This document shows positions 45,179 through 52,720 of a stretch of 64,000 nucleotides of DNA, piece by piece. The position numbers were made by a program, and so were the translations under genes. The first letter of the stretch is position 1; every line of letters starts with the position of its first letter. The notes beneath the pieces are model-generated. The model searched no databases and was not told the DNA's origin. It was given only the letters and a program-made list of their open reading frames with translations. Origin of the DNA: Candidatus Limnocylindria bacterium (GTDB taxonomy: Bacteria > Chloroflexota > Limnocylindria > P2-11E); NCBI GenBank assembly GCA_050692175.1, contig JBOGTG010000078.1, positions 2,088 through 66,087 on the forward strand. Reading direction: 5' to 3'.

Positions 45179-46300
45179 ATGCGGGAGATCTTCGCTCGGA
45201 TGGCGGAGCTCGAGCGTGAGGGGCGGCGGTTCGCGGTCGCGACGGTGGTCCGCACGACCGGGAGCACTCCTCAGGTGGTCGGCGCGAAGCTTCTTGTCGA
45301 CGACCTCGGGCGCCTGGTCGGTACGCTCGGCGGCGGATGCGTCGAGGGCGACGCATTCGTCGAAGCGAAGCGCGTCATCGAGAGCGGCGAGCCCTCGCTG
45401 CGCGAGTACGAGCTCACGGAAGATCTCGCGTGGGACACCGGCCTCGTGTGCGGCGGCACGATGTGGATCTCGATCGAGCCGGGCGAGCGCGTGCTGCGCT
45501 TCGCGGGACGCGATCTTCTCGGCGACGTCCTCGCAGCGTCCGCCGGCGGTAAGCCGGTCGCCGTCGCGACACTTATGCGCAAGCGCGGCAAGGACGTAAT
45601 CGCCGCCGGCAAGCTGTTCGTCGAGACCGACGCGAAGGGCGGCGGCACGCTCGGCGACAACGCGCTGGACGCGCGAGCCCGCGCGGCAGCGATCGAAGCA
45701 CTCCGTCAGGGGACGGCGCGTTCCGTCGTCCTCGACGAGGACACCGAGCTCCTGGTGGAACCGGTCATGTCGCGACCGCGTCTGGTCATCACGGGTGGCG
45801 GGCACGTGGGCCTCGCGATCGCGAAGCTCGGGGTTCAGCTCGACTACGACGTCACCGTGATCGACGATCGTCCGGAGTTCGCCAACCGCGAGCGGTTCCC
45901 GGGTGTGAACGAGGTCGTGAATATGGACATGGTCAAAGCGCTCGAGACCATGCCCATCGGGTGGAACTCCTTCGTGATCATCGCGACACGCGGACACAAG
46001 CTCGATTCGCACTGCCTCCGCGCCGCGGTGAAGTCGGGCGCTCGCTATGTCGGGCTGCTCGGTAGCAAGCGGAAGACCATCCTCATCGCGCAGATGCTGC
46101 GCGGCGAAGGCATTCCCGAAGAGAGGATCCGCGCGGTCCACGCACCGGTCGGACTCGATCTTGGTGGACGCACGCCCGCCGAGATCGCACTCTCGGTCCT
46201 CGCGGAGCTCTCGCTCGAGCGCTACGGCGGCTCGGGCCGACCGCTGCGCCTTTCGGACGAGCTCTTCGAGCGGACGCTCGGCATGAAGAAACGGGACTAG
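45179..46300 (+). CDS. XdhC/CoxI family molybdoenzyme maturation protein
   Basis: FAVATVVRTTGSTPQVVGAKLLV...GGGCVEG...LVITGGGHVG...RYVGLLGSKRK. Confidence 0.9.
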   Translation: MREIFARMAELEREGRRFAVATVVRTTGSTPQVVGAKLLVDDLGRLVGTLGGGCVEGDAFVEAKRVIESGEPSLREYELTEDLAWDTGLVCGGTMWISIEPGERVLRFAGRDLLGDVLAASAGGKPVAVATLMRKRGKDVIAAGKLFVETDAKGGGTLGDNALDARARAAAIEALRQGTARSVVLDEDTELLVEPVMSRPRLVITGGGHVGLAIAKLGVQLDYDVTVIDDRPEFANRERFPGVNEVVNMDMVKALETMPIGWNSFVIIATRGHKLDSHCLRAAVKSGARYVGLLGSKRKTILIAQMLRGEGIPEERIRAVHAPVGLDLGGRTPAEIALSVLAELSLERYGGSGRPLRLSDELFERTLGMKKRD

Positions 46301-46356
46301 CTCCGGCGACGAGCGGCCAACCGGTCATACGCAGCGAACGGCTCGACCTGGTTCTC

Positions 46357-46842
46357 ATGCCTGTCCCGCTCCTCGACGCGCTCATCGCGGGCGACCGCGC
46401 CGCGGTCGACCGGCTCGCGGGTTATCGGATCCCGGCGGATTATCCGAACGCAGGTGCGCTCAAGCTCGTCCGCTATCGGCGCGACCAGATCGCGAACGAT
46501 CCCGCGGGGGCGCCGTGGTCCCTGCGGGCGATGGTGCTGCGGGAGAGCGCGACAATGATCGGCTACGTGAACTTTCACGGGCCGCCCGGGGTTAACGACA
46601 CCGCAACGCCGAACGCGGTGGAGCTCGGCTGGACGGTGTTCCCCAACCACCGGAAGAAGGGCTACGCGACCGAGACCGCGCGCGCTCTCATGGATTGGGC
46701 GGTGACGGAGCACGGCATCCGCCGGTTCGTGTCGTCGACGACACCAAACAACGCGCCCTCGCTACGCGTGCACGACAAGCTTGGCTTCAAGCGAACTGGT
46801 CGGGTGGTCGACGGCGAGATCATCTTTGAGTTGCGCTCGTAA
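46357..46842 (+). CDS. GNAT family N-acetyltransferase
   Basis: ELGWTVFPNHRKKGYATETARALMDWAV (motif A) and HDKLGFKRTG. Confidence 0.85.
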   Translation: MPVPLLDALIAGDRAAVDRLAGYRIPADYPNAGALKLVRYRRDQIANDPAGAPWSLRAMVLRESATMIGYVNFHGPPGVNDTATPNAVELGWTVFPNHRKKGYATETARALMDWAVTEHGIRRFVSSTTPNNAPSLRVHDKLGFKRTGRVVDGEIIFELRS

Positions 46843-46848
46843 GCCCTG

Positions 46849-47103
46849 ATGCGACCCGCGCACGCCCTGCTGCTGGTGGCCTTACTTGCGCCTGGTGGTT
46901 GTCAATGGAGCCTCCAGCCGCAACCGAAGAGTCCACGCTGCGAGGCTACGTTTCTCGCCCTTGAGGGTTCGAACAAGGTCGGGGGGTCCTCGCTGCATTC
47001 GAAGTCTCCCCCTCGAGCCGCGTTCCGCTGGCCAGCGTCTCCGTTCCGTCTGGATTCCGTATCTTTCGCCTGGTTTGGCTGGGGGCTCATCGTGTCGCGT
47101 TGA
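46849..47103 (+). CDS. small ORF with lipoprotein signal peptide
   Basis: MRPAHALLLVALLAPGGC lipobox. 84 aa. The stop overlaps the TTG of the next ORF (TTGA). Coding status beyond the signal peptide is uncertain. Confidence 0.4.
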   Translation: MRPAHALLLVALLAPGGCQWSLQPQPKSPRCEATFLALEGSNKVGGSSLHSKSPPRAAFRWPASPFRLDSVSFAWFGWGLIVSR

Positions 47104-47861
47104 GCGCTCAGGACGAGCGCGTCACCGAGTACTTCGTATGGGTCATCGACTTTGCGAACGGTCGGAGGATCGAGCTCACCAGAGGTCGCGGCGTCGCCCC
47201 TTACCTGGGAGCCCTGCAGGGAAACAGGCTCGTCTTGGGCTGGCTCGGACGCAATGTGGTCACTCCTGTGGACGCGTGGAGCCCGACGGAATTCGGCGAT
47301 GCCACGTGGCAGGTCGTCGACGGGCTCGATGATGCGGTGCTCGTCCGAGTCGGCCTGGGGCCGCGCGCCGATGCATACCTGATCGCCGTGATATCGGGGG
47401 CGGGAGTCCAGAGTTCCAAACTCGTCCTCGACGCGGGCGATGTGCTTCTCTCCCCCACCGCCCTCGATCATGGCTCGCGGGCCGCGTTGTACGCCACCGC
47501 TTCGCGCGACGCCGCGACGCTCTGGCGAACAAGCGCCATTGGAGCCAAGCTCATCTTGGGTGCTCCAGGGCGCCCGGTGACATATGGCAGCAGCGACCGC
47601 TTCGTAGCGTCAGCCGTACAGGGCGCTGACAATGCGACCCGCGTACTGGTAGGCGAGCGGGGTCGGCAGCCGACGGAGGTCATCCTTCCGCAATCCCAGC
47701 ACGTGACTGGTGGGTCCGCGATTTTCGCTGGATCCGACTTGGCGGTCGCGCTCGGCACGACGGATGGAGAATTCCTCGCGCACTTCATCCCGGCTAGTCG
47801 CAACGGTTCTCGAGGGCTAGGGAATGTGCTCCCGATCGCTCCGCTGAACATTTGCAACTAG
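47100..47861 (+). CDS. hypothetical protein
   Basis: 253 aa, with GC3 clearly elevated in this frame. No signal peptide and no recognisable family. Confidence 0.6.
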   Translation: MSAQDERVTEYFVWVIDFANGRRIELTRGRGVAPYLGALQGNRLVLGWLGRNVVTPVDAWSPTEFGDATWQVVDGLDDAVLVRVGLGPRADAYLIAVISGAGVQSSKLVLDAGDVLLSPTALDHGSRAALYATASRDAATLWRTSAIGAKLILGAPGRPVTYGSSDRFVASAVQGADNATRVLVGERGRQPTEVILPQSQHVTGGSAIFAGSDLAVALGTTDGEFLAHFIPASRNGSRGLGNVLPIAPLNICN

Positions 47862-47879
47862 CGGCATAGCCAGCGAGGG

Positions 47880-48029
47880 CTATTCGCTGATCTCGTTCAC
47901 GTCCTGAGGGTGCGGCGGCGTGCCCTCGGGCTTGTCGCTCGCGGCGGCTGGGCTGCCTCGACGCTTGTCGGTGAGACCCTGACTCTGTTCCTTCTCGCGC
48001 TCGTTCTCGAGTTTCTCGCCTTTATCCAT
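47880..48029 (-). CDS. possible small hydrophilic protein (49 aa)
   Basis: ATG 48029 gives MDKGEKLENEREKEQSQGLTDKRRGSPAAASDKPEGTPPHPQDVNEISE. GC3 is roughly 80 percent by hand count. There is no SD, and the ORF is below the track's length cut-off. Confidence 0.25.
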   Translation of the reverse strand: MDKGEKLENEREKEQSQGLTDKRRGSPAAASDKPEGTPPHPQDVNEISE

Positions 48030-48106
48030 AACAGCGATACGCGCACGGGGCGTGCCATCTCACACGGAGAAGAGCACCGCCGTTCTATCGTCGTGGGATC
48101 GAAACG

Positions 48107-48556
48107 GTGACCTTCGGTGAGCTTTTGGAGCGCCATGAGCGCGAAATCTTCGCCTACGTGCTGCGGCTCACCGGGAACCGGGCCGACGCGGACGATCTCT
48201 ACCAGGAGACCTTCCTCGCCGCCTTTCGCGGGTGGCCGCCGCCACGCCCGGGCAACGAGCGCGCGTGGCTCTACAAGATCGCCACGAACAAGACCATCGA
48301 CCGGGTGCGCCGAACGCGCCGCGTCGTGCCGCTCGCGGAGCTGCGCCTGGCGGCGCCCGAGCGCGACGGGGTGACGCTGTCGGACCTTGCGACGGCGGTC
48401 AAGGCGCTACCGACAGGACAACGTGCGGCCTTCGTCCTACGAAAGGTCGAGGGGCGCTCGTACGCGGAGGTCGCGGACGCGCTCGGATGCAGCGAAGAGG
48501 CGGCGCGCTCGCGCGTCGCGGAGGCGATGAAGAAGGTGAAGGAGGCCGTGCGATGA
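48107..48556 (+). CDS. minimal ECF-type sigma factor
   Basis: 149 aa. Region 2: ADDLYQETFLAAF...WLYKIATNKTIDRVRR. Region 4: LPTGQRAAFVLRKVEGRSYAEVADALGCSEEAARSRV. Confidence 0.85.
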   Translation: MTFGELLERHEREIFAYVLRLTGNRADADDLYQETFLAAFRGWPPPRPGNERAWLYKIATNKTIDRVRRTRRVVPLAELRLAAPERDGVTLSDLATAVKALPTGQRAAFVLRKVEGRSYAEVADALGCSEEAARSRVAEAMKKVKEAVR

Positions 48557-49164
48557 ACGCGCTCGACCCACTCGTCGGCGAAGCCCGCGAACGTCTGGTC
48601 GCGCGCGCGAAGCGCGAAGGGCTCATCACGGTCGGGTACGACGTCATGGACTCGCCCCTCGGTCCGCTCTGGATCGCGGTGGGCCCGCGCGGTGTGGTGA
48701 ACATCCACTACGGCGCGACGCCCAACCCGCGCGAGCTCACGAGGATCACACACGCCTACGGTCCGGGCGTCGTTCCCGACAGGAAGAGTTGCGACCGTGT
48801 GCTCGCCGAGCTTGACCAGTACTTCGCGGGCCGTCGCCGATCGTTCGACGTCCAGGTGGACCTGGCCGCGCTCACGCCGTTCCAGCAGCGGATCCTCGCG
48901 GCGACGGCGCGCGTGCCGTACGGCGAGCTCACGACATACAAGGTCGTCGCGCGGCAGGCCGGGAACGAGCAGGCATCCCGCGCGGCGGGCGCGGCGCTCG
49001 GCGCCAACCCGATCCCGATCGTCGTCCCGTGTCACCGGATCGTGGCGACCGACGGCACACTCGGCGGCTACGCCGGTGGGCTCGCCGCCAAACGGCGCCT
49101 GCTCGCTCTCGAGCGAGGGAAGGCGGATGTCCCGGCGGGTGGCTGGGAGCCGTCGCGGCGCTAG
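48553..49164 (+). CDS. ogt: methylated-DNA--protein-cysteine methyltransferase (Ogt/MGMT family)
   Basis: ATG 48553 overlaps the sigma stop (ATGA). Contains TPFQQRILAATARVPYGELTTY, the active site IVVPCHRIV, and GGYAGG. Confidence 0.9.
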   Translation: MNALDPLVGEARERLVARAKREGLITVGYDVMDSPLGPLWIAVGPRGVVNIHYGATPNPRELTRITHAYGPGVVPDRKSCDRVLAELDQYFAGRRRSFDVQVDLAALTPFQQRILAATARVPYGELTTYKVVARQAGNEQASRAAGAALGANPIPIVVPCHRIVATDGTLGGYAGGLAAKRRLLALERGKADVPAGGWEPSRR

Positions 49165-49239
49165 CCTCTAGCTGTCTATTTGCGGGGAGGCCGTTCGTCG
49201 TACCCACAAGAACGGCATGAAAAGGGAGGCCGAAAACCA

Positions 49240-49590
49240 ATGAGCAAGTACGCATTCCTCTTCCTCGACGACGGCGTCGAGTACCAGACGGCGCCCACGC
49301 CAGAGCAGCAGAAGGTGTACGCCGACATCTTCAAGTGGTTCGAGACCAACGGCGACAAGATCACCGACGGCGGCGCCGAGCTGCAGCCCACCCGCACCGC
49401 GACGACGATCCGCAAGAGCACCGGAAAGGTCACGGTCGTCGACGGACCGTTCATCGAGGCCAAGGAGTCTGTGGGTGGCTTCTCGATCGTCGAGCTGCCC
49501 GACAAGGCCGCCGCAATCGCGCTGGCGAAGACCTGGCCTGGCTATGGAATCGAGATCCGGCCGGTCGGCGATCACATGGAGGTCGAGTGA
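49240..49590 (+). CDS. YCII-related / DGPF domain protein
   Basis: ATG 49240 lies after the SD GGGAGG. Contains VVDGPFIEAKESVGGFSIVE. 116 aa. Confidence 0.85.
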   Translation: MSKYAFLFLDDGVEYQTAPTPEQQKVYADIFKWFETNGDKITDGGAELQPTRTATTIRKSTGKVTVVDGPFIEAKESVGGFSIVELPDKAAAIALAKTWPGYGIEIRPVGDHMEVE

Positions 49591-49931
49591 TGCCTCGGTA
49601 CGTTCTGCTGTTGCTCGAGCACGAGGACTGGGTCGACAAGCAGTCGAAGGATGACAAGAAGCGCGCGTACGCGGAGATCAACAGGTGGGTCGACGACATA
49701 ACGAAGAAGGGGATCATGAAGGGCGGCGACGAGCTGCAGCCGCAACGCACCGCGACGACCGTCCGCCGGGTTAACGGGTCGATGAAGGTCACCGAGGGTC
49801 CGTTCGTCGAGTCGAAGGAGCACGTTGGCGGCTTCATGATGATCGAGGTGCCCGACCTCGACGCCGCGATCGCGGTCGCGAAGAGCTGGCCGGGCGGCGA
49901 CGTCGAGGTGCGCCCAGTCGTCGAGCACTGA
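49590..49931 (+). CDS. YCII-related / DGPF domain protein (paralogue)
   Basis: The ATG overlaps the upstream TGA by 1 nt. Contains [20 protein letters not shown]. 113 aa. Confidence 0.85.
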   Translation: MPRYVLLLLEHEDWVDKQSKDDKKRAYAEINRWVDDITKKGIMKGGDELQPQRTATTVRRVNGSMKVTEGPFVESKEHVGGFMMIEVPDLDAAIAVAKSWPGGDVEVRPVVEH

Positions 49932-49954
49932 GCACCGAAGTCACGGGCGACGCG

Positions 49955-51148
49955 GTGGGCGCCATCTTCCGCGAGGAGGCGGGCCGGCTCACCGCGGCGC
50001 TCGTGCGAAGCCTCGGCAACTTCGACCTCGCCGAGGAGTGCGTGCAGGACGCGCTCGTCTCCGCGCTCGAGCACTGGCCACGCGATGGGATCCCGCACAA
50101 CCCCGGCGCCTGGCTCATGACCACCGCGCGTCGCAAAGGGATCGACCGCTTGCGACGCGAGAAGCGCTACCAGGAAAAGCTCGCGACCCTTGAGGGGGCT
50201 CTGCCCCCTCAGACCCCCGAGGTGCCGAAAATGACGCTGCCGGACGAGCGTCTCGATCTGATCTTCACGTGCTGTCATCCCGCGCTCGCGCGCGAGGCTC
50301 AGGTCGCGCTGACGCTGCGCTCGGTGGCGGGCCTGACGACGCCCGAGATCGCGCGCGCTTTTCTGGTACCCGAGGCGACGATCGCGCAGCGGCTGGTCCG
50401 CGCGAAAAGGAAGATTGTCGACGCGCGCATTCCGTTCCGCGTGCCCGAGCGCGATGAGCTACCGGACCGGATCGATCAAGTACTCGCCGTGCTCTACCTC
50501 ATGTTCAACGAGGGCTACCTCGGCACCGGCCGGCGCGGCGCGAGCGACCGCGACCTCGCGGCCGAGGCCGAGTGGCTGACCTCGCTCCTCGCACGCCTCA
50601 TGCCTGAGGAGGCGGAGGTCCTCGGGCTGCTCGCGCTCATGCGTTTCCACCTCGCCCGTGCCGAAGCGCGCTTCGACGCCGCCGGCGAGATTGTCCTGTT
50701 GCAGCATCAGGATCGGTCGAAGTGGGATAGGCGCCGCATCGATGAGACGTTCTCCCTAGTCGGCCGGTTCGTGACGATGCGGCGTCCCGGGCCGTACCAG
50801 CTGCAGGCCCTGATCGCCGGTGCGCACGCCGACGCGAAGAGCTGGGAGGCGACGCGCTGGCCGGACATCCTCCGCTCGTACGACGCGCTCGTCGAGATCA
50901 GCGACTCGCCCGTGGTGCGAATGAATCGAGCGATAGCGCTCTGGCACGTCCATGGCGCGGAGCAGGCATACATCGAACTCTTCCCGCTCGCCGAAGAGCT
51001 CGATCGCTACCACCTGTATCACGCGACCCGGGCCGAGCTGCTTCGCGCACTCGGCCGCGCCGACGAGGCGCGCGCCGCCGACCAGCGCGCGCTCGAGCTC
51101 ACCGAGAACCCGGCCGAGCGCGCGCTCCTTTCGTCCCGGCTCGCCTGA
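49955..51148 (+). CDS. ECF42-type sigma factor with long C-terminal TPR-like extension
   Basis: N-terminus [29 protein letters not shown]...[17 protein letters not shown]. Region 4 with IFTCCHPAL...[26 protein letters not shown]. The ~200-aa helical extension ends [12 protein letters not shown]. Confidence 0.85.
   Translation: MGAIFREEAGRLTAALVRSLGNFDLAEECVQDALVSALEHWPRDGIPHNPGAWLMTTARRKGIDRLRREKRYQEKLATLEGALPPQTPEVPKMTLPDERLDLIFTCCHPALAREAQVALTLRSVAGLTTPEIARAFLVPEATIAQRLVRAKRKIVDARIPFRVPERDELPDRIDQVLAVLYLMFNEGYLGTGRRGASDRDLAAEAEWLTSLLARLMPEEAEVLGLLALMRFHLARAEARFDAAGEIVLLQHQDRSKWDRRRIDETFSLVGRFVTMRRPGPYQLQALIAGAHADAKSWEATRWPDILRSYDALVEISDSPVVRMNRAIALWHVHGAEQAYIELFPLAEELDRYHLYHATRAELLRALGRADEARAADQRALELTENPAERALLSSRLA
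50192..50222. repeat. short G-run/C-run hairpin element inside the sigma2-sigma4 linker coding region
   Basis: GAGGGGGCTCTGCCCCCTCAGACCCCCGAGG. The 8-bp stem GAGGGGGC/GCCCCCTC has a 3-nt loop. It is near-identical in architecture to the copy at 43366. Confidence 0.55.
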
Positions 51149-51160
51149 TACTCGGCGCGG

Positions 51161-51859
51161 ATGGCCGCGCCGCATCGCGAGCTCCGGCGAAGCGAGGTCC
51201 CGAACGCGATGGGGCACGTCGTCCTGGCCTTCGCCGAGCGGACGCTTGGACCGAGAGAGCTCGCGGAACTCCGCGAGCAGCTGTGGCGCACGCAGACGTA
51301 CCTCTATGTGACGCCCGGGCCGGCCCTCGTGGAGCGTGCGCTCGAGGGCTTCCCCGCGGACGTGCGTTCGCTTGGCGCGCGCTGTCCGTTCTTTCGCTAC
51401 GACGCGCGCGGCGGCGGCGGGTACTGGCCCGATCGCAACGAGATCTGGCTCGCCGCGGGCGTGGAGACCTACGAGGGCCTGCGGCAGGTGCGGCTCTCCG
51501 CGTGCCACGAGCTCTTCCACTTCATCTGCTGGAACCACCCGCGATACCGCGCCGACGAGGACCGCGGCTTCTCGCGCCTGCGCAGAGCCGTCGCCGACAG
51601 CAGAGCCGTGGTCAAGGACTATCCGAGTTATCGCGGTTGGGTCACAGCCTCGTTCCTCCGCCAGGGCGATCACGCGAACGTAGTCGAGTATTTCGCAGAC
51701 ATCCCGACGAATTTCCGCGACACATCGGAGCTTCCGCCGGCGATCGCGGCGCACTTCGCCCCGCTCATCGACGGCTCGCCGTTCCCGGAGGAGTTCGATC
51801 GTGACCTGGCTGGCGAGCCCTACGACCTCTTCTACTTCCAGCGCTCGCTCGCGCCCTAA
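51161..51859 (+). CDS. hypothetical protein with gluzincin-like HExxH...ExxA motif
   Basis: SACHELFHF plus a downstream VVEYFADI, comparable to the HExxH plus EFFAE arrangement of ATLF-like metalloproteases. No signal peptide. 232 aa. Confidence 0.65.
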   Translation: MAAPHRELRRSEVPNAMGHVVLAFAERTLGPRELAELREQLWRTQTYLYVTPGPALVERALEGFPADVRSLGARCPFFRYDARGGGGYWPDRNEIWLAAGVETYEGLRQVRLSACHELFHFICWNHPRYRADEDRGFSRLRRAVADSRAVVKDYPSYRGWVTASFLRQGDHANVVEYFADIPTNFRDTSELPPAIAAHFAPLIDGSPFPEEFDRDLAGEPYDLFYFQRSLAP

Positions 51860-52720
51860 GTGGCCCGGCCGATGGCTCCGAACAACGTCGAGGTCCGCGA
51901 CCTGCGCAAGCACTACGGCAACGTGCGCGCCGTCGACGGAATCAGCTTCGCCGTCGCGGAGGGCGAGGTCTTCGGCCTTCTCGGCCACAACGGCGCAGGC
52001 AAGACGACGACGATCCGCGTCCTCACGGGACGAACCCGGCCGACCGAGGGCGACGCCAGCGTCCTCGGACACGACGTGGTCCGCTCCCGCGAGGCGATTC
52101 GACCGCTCATCAACCTCGTGTTCGAGGACCAGAACCTCTACGAGCGTATGAGCGGGCGCGAGAACCTGCGCCTTTTCGCGACGCTGTATGGCGCGCCGGT
52201 CACGCGCGCCGACGAGCTCCTCGAGCTGGTCGGCCTCCGCGAAGCGGGGCGCCGCGCCGTGAAGACGTACTCGACAGGAATGAAGCAGCGACTGCTCGTG
52301 GCGCGAGCGCTGGTGAATCGCCCACGCGTCCTGTTCCTGGACGAGCCCACGCGCGGCCTCGACCCAACCTCCGCGCGCGAGATTCGAGGGATCATCGCGC
52401 GGCTCGCCTCAGAGAGCGTGTCGATCGTGCTGACCACCCACTACATGGAGGAGGCCGACGAGCTCTGCGACCGGGTGGCGTTCCTCAGCGAGGGCAGGAT
52501 CGTCGCGCTCGATACGCCGCGCGAGCTCAAGCTCCGGCACGGGCAGCGCACGGCAAGAGTGCTCCTCCGCGATCGCCGCGAGACGACCGTACGGCTGGAC
52601 GACCCCGCCGACGCCGAGCGGCTCGCCGGATGGATGCGCGCGGGCGAGGTCGTCGCGATGCACTCGGAAGAGGGAACGCTCGAGGACGTCTTCGTCGCGC
52701 TCGCCGGGCGCCCGCTGTGA
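51860..52720 (+). CDS. ABC transporter ATP-binding protein
   Basis: GHNGAGKTTT, YSTGMKQRL, VLFLDEPTRGLD. The GTG start is directly after the upstream TAA. Confidence 0.9.
   Translation: MARPMAPNNVEVRDLRKHYGNVRAVDGISFAVAEGEVFGLLGHNGAGKTTTIRVLTGRTRPTEGDASVLGHDVVRSREAIRPLINLVFEDQNLYERMSGRENLRLFATLYGAPVTRADELLELVGLREAGRRAVKTYSTGMKQRLLVARALVNRPRVLFLDEPTRGLDPTSAREIRGIIARLASESVSIVLTTHYMEEADELCDRVAFLSEGRIVALDTPRELKLRHGQRTARVLLRDRRETTVRLDDPADAERLAGWMRAGEVVAMHSEEGTLEDVFVALAGRPL

Noticed and set aside
46955-46985. GGTTCGAAC resembling a tRNA T-loop.
   Set aside because: The flanking bases do not form a T-stem (GAGGG versus AAGGT), and no acceptor or anticodon arms can be drawn. It lies inside coding-like sequence.
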